From a virus, in the IMG/VR virus record IMGVR_UViG_3300025128_000015, positions 64,001 through 128,000 of that record: 64,000 nucleotides of DNA; one strand, written 5' to 3'. The notes below the pieces were generated by a model. That model saw only the letters and a program-made list of their open reading frames with translations, was not told where the DNA came from and searched no databases. Both the position numbers and the translations under genes were made by a program. Positions within the stretch are counted from its first letter, which is position 1; every line of letters begins with the position of its first letter. Below, one piece after another: positions 1 to 9,310 of this stretch.

Positions 1-2
1 AA

Positions 3-764
3 AACTACAAAGCTGGGCGCAAGCCACCTCGCCTGAATCGCGGCGCAAGAGTGCTAACAGAATCTGAAGAACTAACAAACAAATCGTGGCAACTCCAGAG
101 GCTAACAGAGTATTTTAATGAAATGCCATTGATGCAATTTATGTTCAGCGGTGTCGAGGCAGATGATGTGATAGCTTATTTGGCAAGACACAAGCATTAT
201 GAAAGCTGGCAAAAGGTTATTGTTTCAAGTGATAAAGACTTCTTTCAATTACTGGATGACAAGACAGTTTTATACCGGCCAGTACAAAAGCAGGTTTTAA
301 ATAAAAAGAACTTGATAGAAAAGCACAACATACATCCTAACAATTTTGCCCTTGCCCGAGCCATGGCCGGCGATAAGAGCGATAATCTTGAAGGTGTAGG
401 TAATATTGGTTTGGCTACAGCATATAAAAGATTTCCGTTTTTATCTGGATCAGATCCTGTTACGTTGACAGAAGTACTAGAGTACTCTGAAGAACAACTA
501 AAAAATAGAAAATTAAAAGCATATGAAAATGTGGTCAACAATTCTGACATTCTTAAAAGAAACTATAAGATGATGCAACTCTACGTTCCAATTTTAGATA
601 TTAATTCGAAAAAAACAATTCATGAGACAATACAGGACGCAGAGCTAGGCTTTAACAAAACAGAGGTCATCAAAATGATGACTCAGGATGGTTTTGGCGA
701 GATAAACTTCAATGAGCTATTTGTGCACTTTAACAAAATAGTGATTGACAATAAACCTCTCTGA
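3..764 (+). CDS. 5'-3' exonuclease / flap endonuclease (T4 RNase H / Pol I 5' nuclease-like), 5'-truncated
   Basis: Frame is open from the window start (NYKAGRK); motifs EADDVIA, IVSSDKDFFQL and MAGDKSDNLEGV. Confidence 0.85.
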   Translation, partial: NYKAGRKPPRLNRGARVLTESEELTNKSWQLQRLTEYFNEMPLMQFMFSGVEADDVIAYLARHKHYESWQKVIVSSDKDFFQLLDDKTVLYRPVQKQVLNKKNLIEKHNIHPNNFALARAMAGDKSDNLEGVGNIGLATAYKRFPFLSGSDPVTLTEVLEYSEEQLKNRKLKAYENVVNNSDILKRNYKMMQLYVPILDINSKKTIHETIQDAELGFNKTEVIKMMTQDGFGEINFNELFVHFNKIVIDNKPL

Positions 765-799
765 TCCTATATTAACTCTATACATTTAAAAGGGATGAG

Positions 800-2170
800 A
801 TGAAAGAAGAACAGGCGAATTTTGCCAAATATGGCAAGAGCTTTCAAGAAATGCTAGCTCAATTAATTGTAAACGATCGTCCGTTTGCTGATCAAATCGA
901 AGAAGTGCTTGATGTTAATTTCTTCGAACTAAAATATCTTCGTATTTTTGTGAGCAAGATATTTGAATATCGCAATAAATACGGTGTGCACCCAACAGGC
1001 AAGATTATTGCGTCTGTCTTGCGAACAGAACTGGACAACGAAAATGAGGCTGTACAAAAACAGGTCAGAGATTACTTTGCAAGGACTCTAGCTCGCCCAG
1101 TTGAAGATATAAAATATATTAAAGAGATAAGCTTGGATTTTTGCAAGAAGCAAAATTTGAAACAAGCTATTTTAAAATCTGTGGAACTTCTACAGTCCTC
1201 CTCTTATGACGAGATAAAAGATGTTATTGATAATGCACTTAAGCTAGGCGTTGATAATGATCATGGTCATGATTTTAAGAAAGACTTTGAGATAAGATAT
1301 ACACCACACGCAAGAAATCCTGTTTCAACCGGGTGGAAGATCATCGATGCAATCACAAAGTCTGGTCTTGGCAAGGGCGAACTTGGAGTGATCATTGCTC
1401 CCACAGGCGCCGGAAAGTCAATGGTTTTAGCACATTTAGGAGCGAAGGCGGTACAAAACGGAAAGAGTGTTGTACATTATACATTAGAGTTATCTGAAGC
1501 TGTTACGGGTCAAAGGTACGACAGTTGTATCAGCGGCGTTCGTTTATCCGATCTTATGTCGATGAAAGATATGGTATATGAAAGGATTAACGACGTAGAG
1601 GGTGGATTGTTGATAAAAGAGTATCCAACTAAGTCAGCATCAGTCAATGTTTTGCGGACTCACTTAGAAAAATTAAAAAAAAGAAATCAAAAAATCGATA
1701 TGATTTTAATAGATTACGCCGATTTGCTCAAGCCCACTACAAATTATAAAGAGAAAAGGACTGAGTTGGAATCTATTTATGAAAGCCTAAGAGCTTTAGC
1801 ACAAGAGTTTAATTGTCCAGTGTGGACAGCCTCACAAACTAATAGATCTGGGCTAAATGCAGAAGTTGTGACAATGGAATCGATCTCAGAGGCTTTCAGC
1901 AAATGTTTTGTTGCTGATTTTATTCTCTCAATCTCAAGAACAATCAAGGATAAGAATGCTAACACAGGCAGGATGTTTATCGCAAAAAACAGGAATGGTG
2001 TCGACGGACTCGTGTATCCTATCTTCATGGAGCCGGCCACTGTGAAGATTAAAGTTTTTGACCAAGAAGAGGACGCAGCTGAACTTCTAAGAGAGAAGAC
2101 TCCTAAAGAGAACGCTGATGCAATGAAAGAAAAGTATAAGAGTTTCAAAAAGCAAGCAAGGGGAGCATAG
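800..2170 (+). CDS. Replicative DnaB/gp41-like helicase
   Basis: Walker A APTGAGKS, Walker B ILIDYADLL, VWTASQTNR, AKNRNG. Confidence 0.9.
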   Translation: MKEEQANFAKYGKSFQEMLAQLIVNDRPFADQIEEVLDVNFFELKYLRIFVSKIFEYRNKYGVHPTGKIIASVLRTELDNENEAVQKQVRDYFARTLARPVEDIKYIKEISLDFCKKQNLKQAILKSVELLQSSSYDEIKDVIDNALKLGVDNDHGHDFKKDFEIRYTPHARNPVSTGWKIIDAITKSGLGKGELGVIIAPTGAGKSMVLAHLGAKAVQNGKSVVHYTLELSEAVTGQRYDSCISGVRLSDLMSMKDMVYERINDVEGGLLIKEYPTKSASVNVLRTHLEKLKKRNQKIDMILIDYADLLKPTTNYKEKRTELESIYESLRALAQEFNCPVWTASQTNRSGLNAEVVTMESISEAFSKCFVADFILSISRTIKDKNANTGRMFIAKNRNGVDGLVYPIFMEPATVKIKVFDQEEDAAELLREKTPKENADAMKEKYKSFKKQARGA

Positions 2171-2171
2171 A

Positions 2172-4028
2172 ATGGAAGAAGCATCAAAAATATTATCAGA
2201 CATTGCCGTGTATATGAAGTATGCACGATACCTGCCTAAAAAGCAGAGAAGAGAGACGTGGAAAGAACTTGTTACGAGAAACAAGAAAATGCACATAAAA
2301 AAGTATCCTCACTTAAAAGAAGAGATTGAAGAGAATTATAAGTTTGTATACGATAAGAAGATCCTACCTTCAATGCGCTCAATGCAGTTTGCAGGAAAGC
2401 CAATTGAAGTTGCTCCTAATAGGATCTACAATTGCGCCTATCTTCCAATTGATGATTGGAGGTCTTTTAGCGAGGCTATGTTCCTTCTTTTAGGTGGTAC
2501 CGGCGTGGGTTATTCTGTACAAAAGCATCACGTTGAGAAACTTCCAGAGATTCGAAAGCCGAACAAGAAGAGAACTAGGAGATATCTTATTGGTGATTCG
2601 ATTGAGGGCTGGTCTGACTCTATTAAAGTGTTGGTGCGCAGTTATTTTGAAGGAATGTCTGACGTCCGCTTTGATTTTTCAGACATTCGGCCAAAGGGAA
2701 GTATGCTTGTAACATCAGGTGGCAAAGCTCCAGGTCCACAACCCCTGAAGGAATGCCTGGTTAAAGTTAAAGGAATATTAGACGAGAAAGAAAATGGCGA
2801 CAAACTTACAACTATTGAAGTACATGATATTGTATGTCATATTGCGGACGCTGTACTTGCCGGCGGTATTCGCCGCGCAGCTCTTATCTCTCTTTTTAGT
2901 GCCGATGATGACGAGATGCTCGCAGCCAAAGCAGGCAAGTGGTGGGAAACAAACCCACAAAGAGGTCGATCGAATAACTCTGTCGTCTTGATGAGGCATC
3001 GAATTACAAAAGAGTTCTTCTTAAGCATTTGGGAAAGAGTTAAGGCATCTGGCTCTGGAGAACCGGGGTTTTATTTCACGAATGATAAAGACTGGGGGAC
3101 GAATCCATGCTGTGAAATCGCTCTGCGTCCTTATCAGTTCTGCAATCTTACAGAGGTAAATGCAAGTGATTTACAGAATCAAGAGGAATTGGAACGCCGC
3201 GTTCAAGCGGCAGCATTTATTGGCACACTTCAGGCTGGATATACTGACTTCCACTACTTGCGCGATATTTGGCAAAGAACAACTGAAAAAGACGCCCTAG
3301 TTGGTGTTTCTATGACAGGCATTGCCTCCGGCCGCGTTCTAGATTTAGATATGAGCGCTGCAGCCAAAATGGTTAAAAAAGAAAATGCAAGAGTCGCGCT
3401 AGAAATAGGAATCAATCCTGCAGCCCGCACCACCACTGTTAAGCCTGCAGGTACAACTTCCTTGACCTTGGGCACTTCCAGTGGAATCCATGCCTGGCAT
3501 AGTGACTATTATATCCGTCGAATGCGCGTTAGCAAGAACGAGCCAATTTATACCTATCTTTTAATACATCATCCAGAGCTGTTAGAAGATGAGTTTTTCA
3601 GACCGCATGATACAGCCGTGATTTCTGTACCGCAGAGGGCGCCAGATGAAGCTATAACGAGGAATGAGACCGCACACGATCTCTTAGAGAGGATCAAAAA
3701 GGTAAGCCAGGAATGGGTAAAGACCGGTCATAAACGAGGACAAAATACACATAATATCTCTGCCACTGTCACTGTGAGAGAGGGTGAGTGGGAAAGTGTT
3801 GGACAGTGGATGTGGGAAAACAGGAGAGCCTATAATGGACTTTCAGTTTTACCACACTCGGATCATACATATAAGCAAGCGCCTTTCGAAGATTGCACAA
3901 AAGAAGAATATGAAGAGATGATTCAGAATTTGCACAATATTGACTTAACAAAAGTAGTGGAAATGGACGATAATACAAATCTGGCCGGGGAACTAGCTTG
4001 TTCTGGCGGCTCCTGTGAAGTAAAGTGA
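2172..4028 (+). CDS. nrdJ: Ribonucleotide reductase, class II (B12-dependent, monomeric type)
   Basis: GGIRRAALI, TNPCCEIAL, TTVKPAGT, C-terminal CSGGSC; no beta subunit adjacent. Confidence 0.8.
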   Translation: MEEASKILSDIAVYMKYARYLPKKQRRETWKELVTRNKKMHIKKYPHLKEEIEENYKFVYDKKILPSMRSMQFAGKPIEVAPNRIYNCAYLPIDDWRSFSEAMFLLLGGTGVGYSVQKHHVEKLPEIRKPNKKRTRRYLIGDSIEGWSDSIKVLVRSYFEGMSDVRFDFSDIRPKGSMLVTSGGKAPGPQPLKECLVKVKGILDEKENGDKLTTIEVHDIVCHIADAVLAGGIRRAALISLFSADDDEMLAAKAGKWWETNPQRGRSNNSVVLMRHRITKEFFLSIWERVKASGSGEPGFYFTNDKDWGTNPCCEIALRPYQFCNLTEVNASDLQNQEELERRVQAAAFIGTLQAGYTDFHYLRDIWQRTTEKDALVGVSMTGIASGRVLDLDMSAAAKMVKKENARVALEIGINPAARTTTVKPAGTTSLTLGTSSGIHAWHSDYYIRRMRVSKNEPIYTYLLIHHPELLEDEFFRPHDTAVISVPQRAPDEAITRNETAHDLLERIKKVSQEWVKTGHKRGQNTHNISATVTVREGEWESVGQWMWENRRAYNGLSVLPHSDHTYKQAPFEDCTKEEYEEMIQNLHNIDLTKVVEMDDNTNLAGELACSGGSCEVK

Positions 4029-4035
4029 GGATAAT

Positions 4036-4296
4036 ATGAAACCTTTTAACAGATACATAACCATAAAACCAGTTGAAGAGGAGCAAGAAGGTCCTTCAAT
4101 ATTGGTACCAGATGACTTCAAAGTCAAGAGAGCATCTTTTGTAAAGGCAGTGGTGCTCGAATGTGCGGATGACATTTCTCTAGCTCTAAAGAAGGGACAG
4201 ACGATCGTTGTAAATTCTGCCATGACTGAGGAGGTTACAATCGATGGAAACACTCATCATTTAATCCTAGAAAATTATGTTATGGGCTTGATATAA
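4036..4296 (+). CDS. groES: GroES-like co-chaperonin
   Basis: MKPFNRYITIKP start, mobile loop GPSILVPD, LKKGQTIV; 86 aa; GroEL in same window. Confidence 0.7.
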   Translation: MKPFNRYITIKPVEEEQEGPSILVPDDFKVKRASFVKAVVLECADDISLALKKGQTIVVNSAMTEEVTIDGNTHHLILENYVMGLI

Positions 4297-4369
4297 AAAA
4301 GCTTTTTTAGGTCATCATGACTACTTATGGAGTGAACAAGGCAGCTAGCTGCTTAGGAGTTAAAAAGAT

Positions 4370-4960
4370 ATGAGTTCGTTGATTATGATGTTGTTGACCG
4401 CCCACGTTGCGGGAACTGTTCCGAATGTGGAAAAAGAAGAAATAAGCTATTTTGAAGTGGCCGAGCAGGCGATATTTAATTGCCCTACTTATAAGAATAA
4501 TTTAACTAAAGTTAAGCCGTCTGTTGTATTTGATCTTGTAGGAATAGAGAGAAAGTTTAGAGTACCATCAGAACTACGTGGTATGATGCTAGCGCATGCA
4601 TGCACTCATAGTGGTCTAGATGGCAGCATTTCAACTCTGCGCTATTGGAGAACAGACAAGGATCAAAACAAGGTAAAAACAATCTTTGATCTAGCAGACA
4701 ATCAGAAATTGACAAGATTTAACAGATTCCAGTTTCAGAGAACAGCCGACGTCTGGATGCGACGGGTTGTTAAGGGGCTAGACAAGAATAAGAAAAGGTG
4801 CCTTAAAGGTGACGAGTCCTGTAGTTGGATTAACGCCTGGCTTAATAGCGTAAAAAAATACAAAAAGTCCCCAAAGAAAGAATATAAGTTATTAAAGACT
4901 TGGCACCAGAAAATAAAAGAAAGAAAACAGCCTAAGAGACACGCTGCGTGTAATTGTTGA
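4370..4960 (+). CDS. Exported protein with a degenerate SLT/transglycosylase-like segment
   Basis: Hydrophobic N-terminus; ERKFRVPSELRGMMLAHACTHSG resembles the SLT motif but has H where the catalytic E is expected. Confidence 0.4.
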   Translation: MSSLIMMLLTAHVAGTVPNVEKEEISYFEVAEQAIFNCPTYKNNLTKVKPSVVFDLVGIERKFRVPSELRGMMLAHACTHSGLDGSISTLRYWRTDKDQNKVKTIFDLADNQKLTRFNRFQFQRTADVWMRRVVKGLDKNKKRCLKGDESCSWINAWLNSVKKYKKSPKKEYKLLKTWHQKIKERKQPKRHAACNC

Positions 4961-5781
4961 AGAGCCCAGTTTATAAATGGCCACATGTTGTCATTGGAGG
5001 TAATTTAAATGCTTTTTTCTACGCACACAAAAAGGGTTATCACATCATCCCTAATATTGTGGATATCCCTTATGCTTACGACAGGCAACGCCTTGAAAAT
5101 GATTTGGGGGTAGAGTTTCCAACTGCACATGAAGAGTGGCAATACCTAGCTTATCGATTGAATCGGTTAGGTAAGAATCCATTTTCCAATAAGGTAAAAC
5201 AAATAAAAGTCTACCCTGAAGAAAAGCGCCTGCAAATCAATATTGGATCTCCAGTATTGTTTGATATCCAATATGAAGACCTTCGCGTTTTTGATACAGA
5301 AAATGTTATTGGTCTTGAAGAAGCAGAGGAGAGGATAAAGGGGTATTGTGTTTATGATTGGTATGACGTTAGGTCTGGGATGCTTCATAATCTAGACAAG
5401 ATTGAAGATGGAAACACTAATTTTGTTAAAAAAATCAAGTTTTTCCTATCCGAAAGAATTGATGGAAACCAAAATAAGAAAGACTTGGTTGCAGAATCGT
5501 TTTTAACACCGGATCAACTTCATGACATCGATTACTCAGAGACTTATTCAAGACTTAAATCTATTGATATGATGAAGCAGTCCGGTATAAAAGGAAAGAA
5601 GAACGGTTCAGGTAGTCATGTTTCTATAAAATTAGAATTATGGAAGCGAGAAATTAAAAAAATAAAAAGTGTAAAATCTTTTAAAAGAGATGGTATAATT
5701 GTTGATGGAAGACCTTTAGAGGAAGTGGTGAATGAGTTTTCATTTGGCGGGACTGATCCCGTTAGCAGGGCACGCTCTTGA
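4954..5781 (+). CDS. Hypothetical protein with Rossmann-like N-terminus
   Basis: VVIGGNLNAFFYA resembles a degenerate GxGxxG dinucleotide-binding start; TTG start overlapping the upstream gene. Confidence 0.5.
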   Translation: MLKSPVYKWPHVVIGGNLNAFFYAHKKGYHIIPNIVDIPYAYDRQRLENDLGVEFPTAHEEWQYLAYRLNRLGKNPFSNKVKQIKVYPEEKRLQINIGSPVLFDIQYEDLRVFDTENVIGLEEAEERIKGYCVYDWYDVRSGMLHNLDKIEDGNTNFVKKIKFFLSERIDGNQNKKDLVAESFLTPDQLHDIDYSETYSRLKSIDMMKQSGIKGKKNGSGSHVSIKLELWKREIKKIKSVKSFKRDGIIVDGRPLEEVVNEFSFGGTDPVSRARS

Positions 5782-6556
5782 TTTTAAAATGCCTTGGCAC
5801 GATTCGTTGATGCCAATAGGTCCTGATTATTTGGCCGTTGAAAGAAGCGTTGTAGAGTGTGCCAATGCCGGCTGCGAGACAATATGGCTTATATGTGACA
5901 ACGACGTTCAGCCCTTGATTCGTCATCGCTTAGGCGAATATGTCCAAGATCCAGTTTGGGTCACTAGACATTATTCTCCCAGAAAAGGAGAGCACAAGAA
6001 GCCAATACCTTTATATTATGTGCCATTGAACATAAGAGATAAAGGAAAGAAAGACAGCCTGTCTTGGAGCATATTGCATGGAGCATATGTCGCAAATAAG
6101 ATATCATCCAAAATGAGCTTTTGGCTCCGTCCAGATAAGTTTTATGTTTCTTTTCCATACGGCTACTACGGACCAACGCTTACACGACAGCACCGCGACT
6201 TGATATCTAACAATAAAAACTTTTTTATTTCATATAATGACAAAACAGTTGTTGACGGAGAATATTTGGGGTTTACATTTAATCATGAGGACTATAAAAG
6301 ATTATTGGAAAACTTTAGAGAATCATATCACTTAGATGTTCATAAAACTAATTTAGACTTTTCCCTAAGTGAAATCTTCGATGTGATGGATAGAAAAAGC
6401 GCTAATGTGATTGACTTTATGAATTATTGGAGAATAGATAATTGGGAAAATTATTGTAAGTATATGTCAGAACAAGGGCACAGAACAAAGAGACCTTCAG
6501 AGCACATATTAAAATATCATGAATGGAACGATATTGGGGTAGATGAGACTAATTAG
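5732..6556 (+). CDS. Sugar-phosphate nucleotidyltransferase-like protein (degenerate)
   Basis: LAGLIPLAG...SLMPIG...VERSVVECANAGCETIWLI follows the NTP_transferase N-terminal pattern. Confidence 0.55.
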   Translation: MSFHLAGLIPLAGHALDFKMPWHDSLMPIGPDYLAVERSVVECANAGCETIWLICDNDVQPLIRHRLGEYVQDPVWVTRHYSPRKGEHKKPIPLYYVPLNIRDKGKKDSLSWSILHGAYVANKISSKMSFWLRPDKFYVSFPYGYYGPTLTRQHRDLISNNKNFFISYNDKTVVDGEYLGFTFNHEDYKRLLENFRESYHLDVHKTNLDFSLSEIFDVMDRKSANVIDFMNYWRIDNWENYCKYMSEQGHRTKRPSEHILKYHEWNDIGVDETN

Positions 6557-6558
6557 TA

Positions 6559-8388
6559 ATGATGAAGATTGGTGAAATATTAGATAGAAGAGGGAAAGAG
6601 TTACTCTCTGAAGCTCGTACCCCGTCCCAGAAAGAGATCGAAACTCATGCTCTGTCCATGGCGAAAAAGTATAATGTCCCTTTTGACATTATCATGCGCC
6701 ACATGTGGGTTGAGAGTCGCTATAATACAAAAGCAAGAAGCGAAAAAGATGCATATGGATTAATGCAGTTGATGCCAAATACAGCAAAGGGACTGGGAGT
6801 TGATCGATATGATTGGAAGCAAAACATTGAAGGCGGCGCCAAATACTTAGATCTCTTAAGAAAGAGGATACCTAAAAGAACTCAAAAAACCACCAACGCC
6901 AAAGGCGTGAAGAATATATGGCCGGCAATTGCCGTGGCATACTATTCTGGTGGCGGTGGGCTCAACAAGGTCGTCACCGCCGCCGCAAAGGCCGGCTATG
7001 TCGACAAAGAAGGCATGGTCGATTGGATGAGATACAGCAAGGAGACTGGAAGGTTCGCAAGGCGCATTCGCTACGCAGATGCAATTTATGATCCTAATCA
7101 TAGAATACAGAGGAGCCGTCTTAAGCGCCACCCTACATATACTATTCCGGTGCCTAAAGAACATATACACTCTAGCGGGCTGGAGGATTTTGGACAATCT
7201 CCAACTGGTACTGACGGCAAGACGACCGTGAGAGACTCAAGTGCTGCTCCTACGGTTATCTATATTGGAGACTCTACAACAGGCGGGATGGCACGTCATA
7301 TGAAAAAGGTCTTCAAGAAAAACGGTGTTAACGCACATGTTTTTCATGTCAATGGCGCCGGCGCAGCACTCATGCACACGATGGTAACAGGAAGATTTAA
7401 TAAATGGTCTAGCAAATATGACAAAGCTAAAAGAGAGAAGGCTATGTCCATTGCAGCCAAAATTGCCAATCTAAAAGCGCAAGGACCAGTATCAATTAGA
7501 ATTAATACTCTGGGTGGTAATGATCGCTTTCGTGTTGGTAGTGAGAAGAGCATAAGCAAGTACGTTGAGAATTATGTTAAGCCTCTTTTTAAGATGGTCG
7601 ATGAAGTGGGCGGTTCTGGCCGGTCTAAAACATATGATGCGGACTTAAAGAACAAGGCTATCGATGAAAAATATAGAGCGGCTGCCGAAGAGGTGGGCAC
7701 TCCCTACTATAGCGCCCGCGGCGCTGACGGCAAACCACAATCGTTTGGTAGTCCCTGGGCGCCAAGTGAACAATTTCCATGGAGAGAGAAGCAGGGCATC
7801 ACGGCTTATTACAGGCGACAAGCAGAAGAAAGAATCAAATTTAGCCTAAGCAATAAGAATATTAAATTTAGCCCCGGCCAGGCGCACCAGCCTGAGAAAA
7901 AGTTTTCTTTTAAGCCTTCATCCTCTCCGAGAGGACGGTTCTTGAGAAGCTACAAGTCGTTCCTTAAAAAGAATCCAGACTTTAATTTTGATAAATTTTA
8001 TAAAGATGTGGAGACTCATCTTGGTAGTGTTGCTTACGCCATGCCAAAACACGGATCCGATTACATTTTTGGACCAGAACACATGAGAACTTGGAAAGCT
8101 TTACAAAAGAAAAGATCAGCAAATTCTTTAAAACCGGATGCTATAGCTACTCCGACTGGTGCACCTATTGGCCCGATGACCAAAGAAAAAGAGCAAGAAT
8201 TGATTGATAAGACGCTTGCTCCTGTACAGGCTACAACAACGTCACCCACCCTAGTCAAAACTCCCACACCACCGTCTCCCGAGGTTAGCACCTCTACCAA
8301 CAAGACATCCCCTGATAAGCTTGTTAAAAAGGGATATAAGCCTGAAGACGGTGATTGGGTTGATGGTAAGTGGTATCCACACTATTAA
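6559..8388 (+). CDS. Lytic transglycosylase (SLT) fused to an SGNH-like domain
   Basis: VESRYNTKARSEKDAYGLMQLMP...NIEGGAKYL; later YIGDST and GGND; Pro/Thr-rich tail. Confidence 0.8.
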   Translation: MMKIGEILDRRGKELLSEARTPSQKEIETHALSMAKKYNVPFDIIMRHMWVESRYNTKARSEKDAYGLMQLMPNTAKGLGVDRYDWKQNIEGGAKYLDLLRKRIPKRTQKTTNAKGVKNIWPAIAVAYYSGGGGLNKVVTAAAKAGYVDKEGMVDWMRYSKETGRFARRIRYADAIYDPNHRIQRSRLKRHPTYTIPVPKEHIHSSGLEDFGQSPTGTDGKTTVRDSSAAPTVIYIGDSTTGGMARHMKKVFKKNGVNAHVFHVNGAGAALMHTMVTGRFNKWSSKYDKAKREKAMSIAAKIANLKAQGPVSIRINTLGGNDRFRVGSEKSISKYVENYVKPLFKMVDEVGGSGRSKTYDADLKNKAIDEKYRAAAEEVGTPYYSARGADGKPQSFGSPWAPSEQFPWREKQGITAYYRRQAEERIKFSLSNKNIKFSPGQAHQPEKKFSFKPSSSPRGRFLRSYKSFLKKNPDFNFDKFYKDVETHLGSVAYAMPKHGSDYIFGPEHMRTWKALQKKRSANSLKPDAIATPTGAPIGPMTKEKEQELIDKTLAPVQATTTSPTLVKTPTPPSPEVSTSTNKTSPDKLVKKGYKPEDGDWVDGKWYPHY

Positions 8389-8399
8389 AAGAGAGAATT

Positions 8400-9257
8400 A
8401 TGAATATCGACAGCCTTATCGGCAACACCCCTTTGATCAAGATCACGGATAAGATCTACGCCAAGCTTGAAACTTATAATCCATCTGGCTCAATTAAAGA
8501 TCGCATGGCTTCATATATTTTGAAGAAGGCAGAAGAAAACGGTGATCTACGACCAGGACATACCATTGTGGAAGCCTCTTCCGGTAATACCGGCATTGCA
8601 TTTTCGATGCTTGCAGCTAATAAGGGTTATGGGTGTGTTATTATCATGCCCAAGAACATGAGCGAGGAACGAAAACAGATGATGAAATCCTTTGGAGCCA
8701 GAATAATTGAGGTGGGTGACAATGCTTTTAAAGACGCGATTAAAACAAGAGATGATTTAGTCAAGAATTTTGGCACGTACTGGTCTCCCATGCAGTTCAG
8801 TAATCACTACAACATCGAATGTCATGATCAAACGACCGGCGCCGAAATTGATAGACAGTTAACTGATATGAATTTAACCATAGCAGCCCTCGTCACAGGC
8901 TCAGGAACCGGAGGAACCATAATGGGATGCACTAAGCATTTAGGTAAATTATGGAAAAACATGAAAACAATTTTGGTTAAACCATATGAATCAGCTGAAT
9001 CTCATGGTATACAGGGTATTAATGACGGAGCCGACTTTTTGTGTGACATGAGGAAGGTGGATGAGGTCATAGAAATCAAAACAATAGAAGCTAAAGAAAA
9101 AGCAAGAATGCTGGCCAGAAAAAACGGCCTCTTGGTGGGTATTAGTTCTGGTGCTAACATCCTTGCAGCTGAAAAGTGGGTTCAAGAGAACGATCCGAGG
9201 GGTGTTGTCGTTACGTTCTTATGCGACCGCGGCGAGAGATATTTAAGTTGTATATAG
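8400..9257 (+). CDS. cysK: Cysteine synthase (PLP-dependent, CysK/CysM family)
   Basis: NPSGSIKDR, EASSGNTG, GSGTGGT, GISSGA; start taken at ATG 8400. Confidence 0.9.
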   Translation: MNIDSLIGNTPLIKITDKIYAKLETYNPSGSIKDRMASYILKKAEENGDLRPGHTIVEASSGNTGIAFSMLAANKGYGCVIIMPKNMSEERKQMMKSFGARIIEVGDNAFKDAIKTRDDLVKNFGTYWSPMQFSNHYNIECHDQTTGAEIDRQLTDMNLTIAALVTGSGTGGTIMGCTKHLGKLWKNMKTILVKPYESAESHGIQGINDGADFLCDMRKVDEVIEIKTIEAKEKARMLARKNGLLVGISSGANILAAEKWVQENDPRGVVVTFLCDRGERYLSCI

Positions 9258-9260
9258 ATG

Positions 9261-9288
9261 TTGACTTCTGCTTGTTTGTTTCTATAAT
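9261..9288 (+). promoter_or_regulatory. Sigma70-type promoter (dnaE)
   Basis: TTGACT-N16-TATAAT. Confidence 0.75.
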
Positions 9289-9310
9289 ATAACAAACACA
9301 AAGAGGTCAC

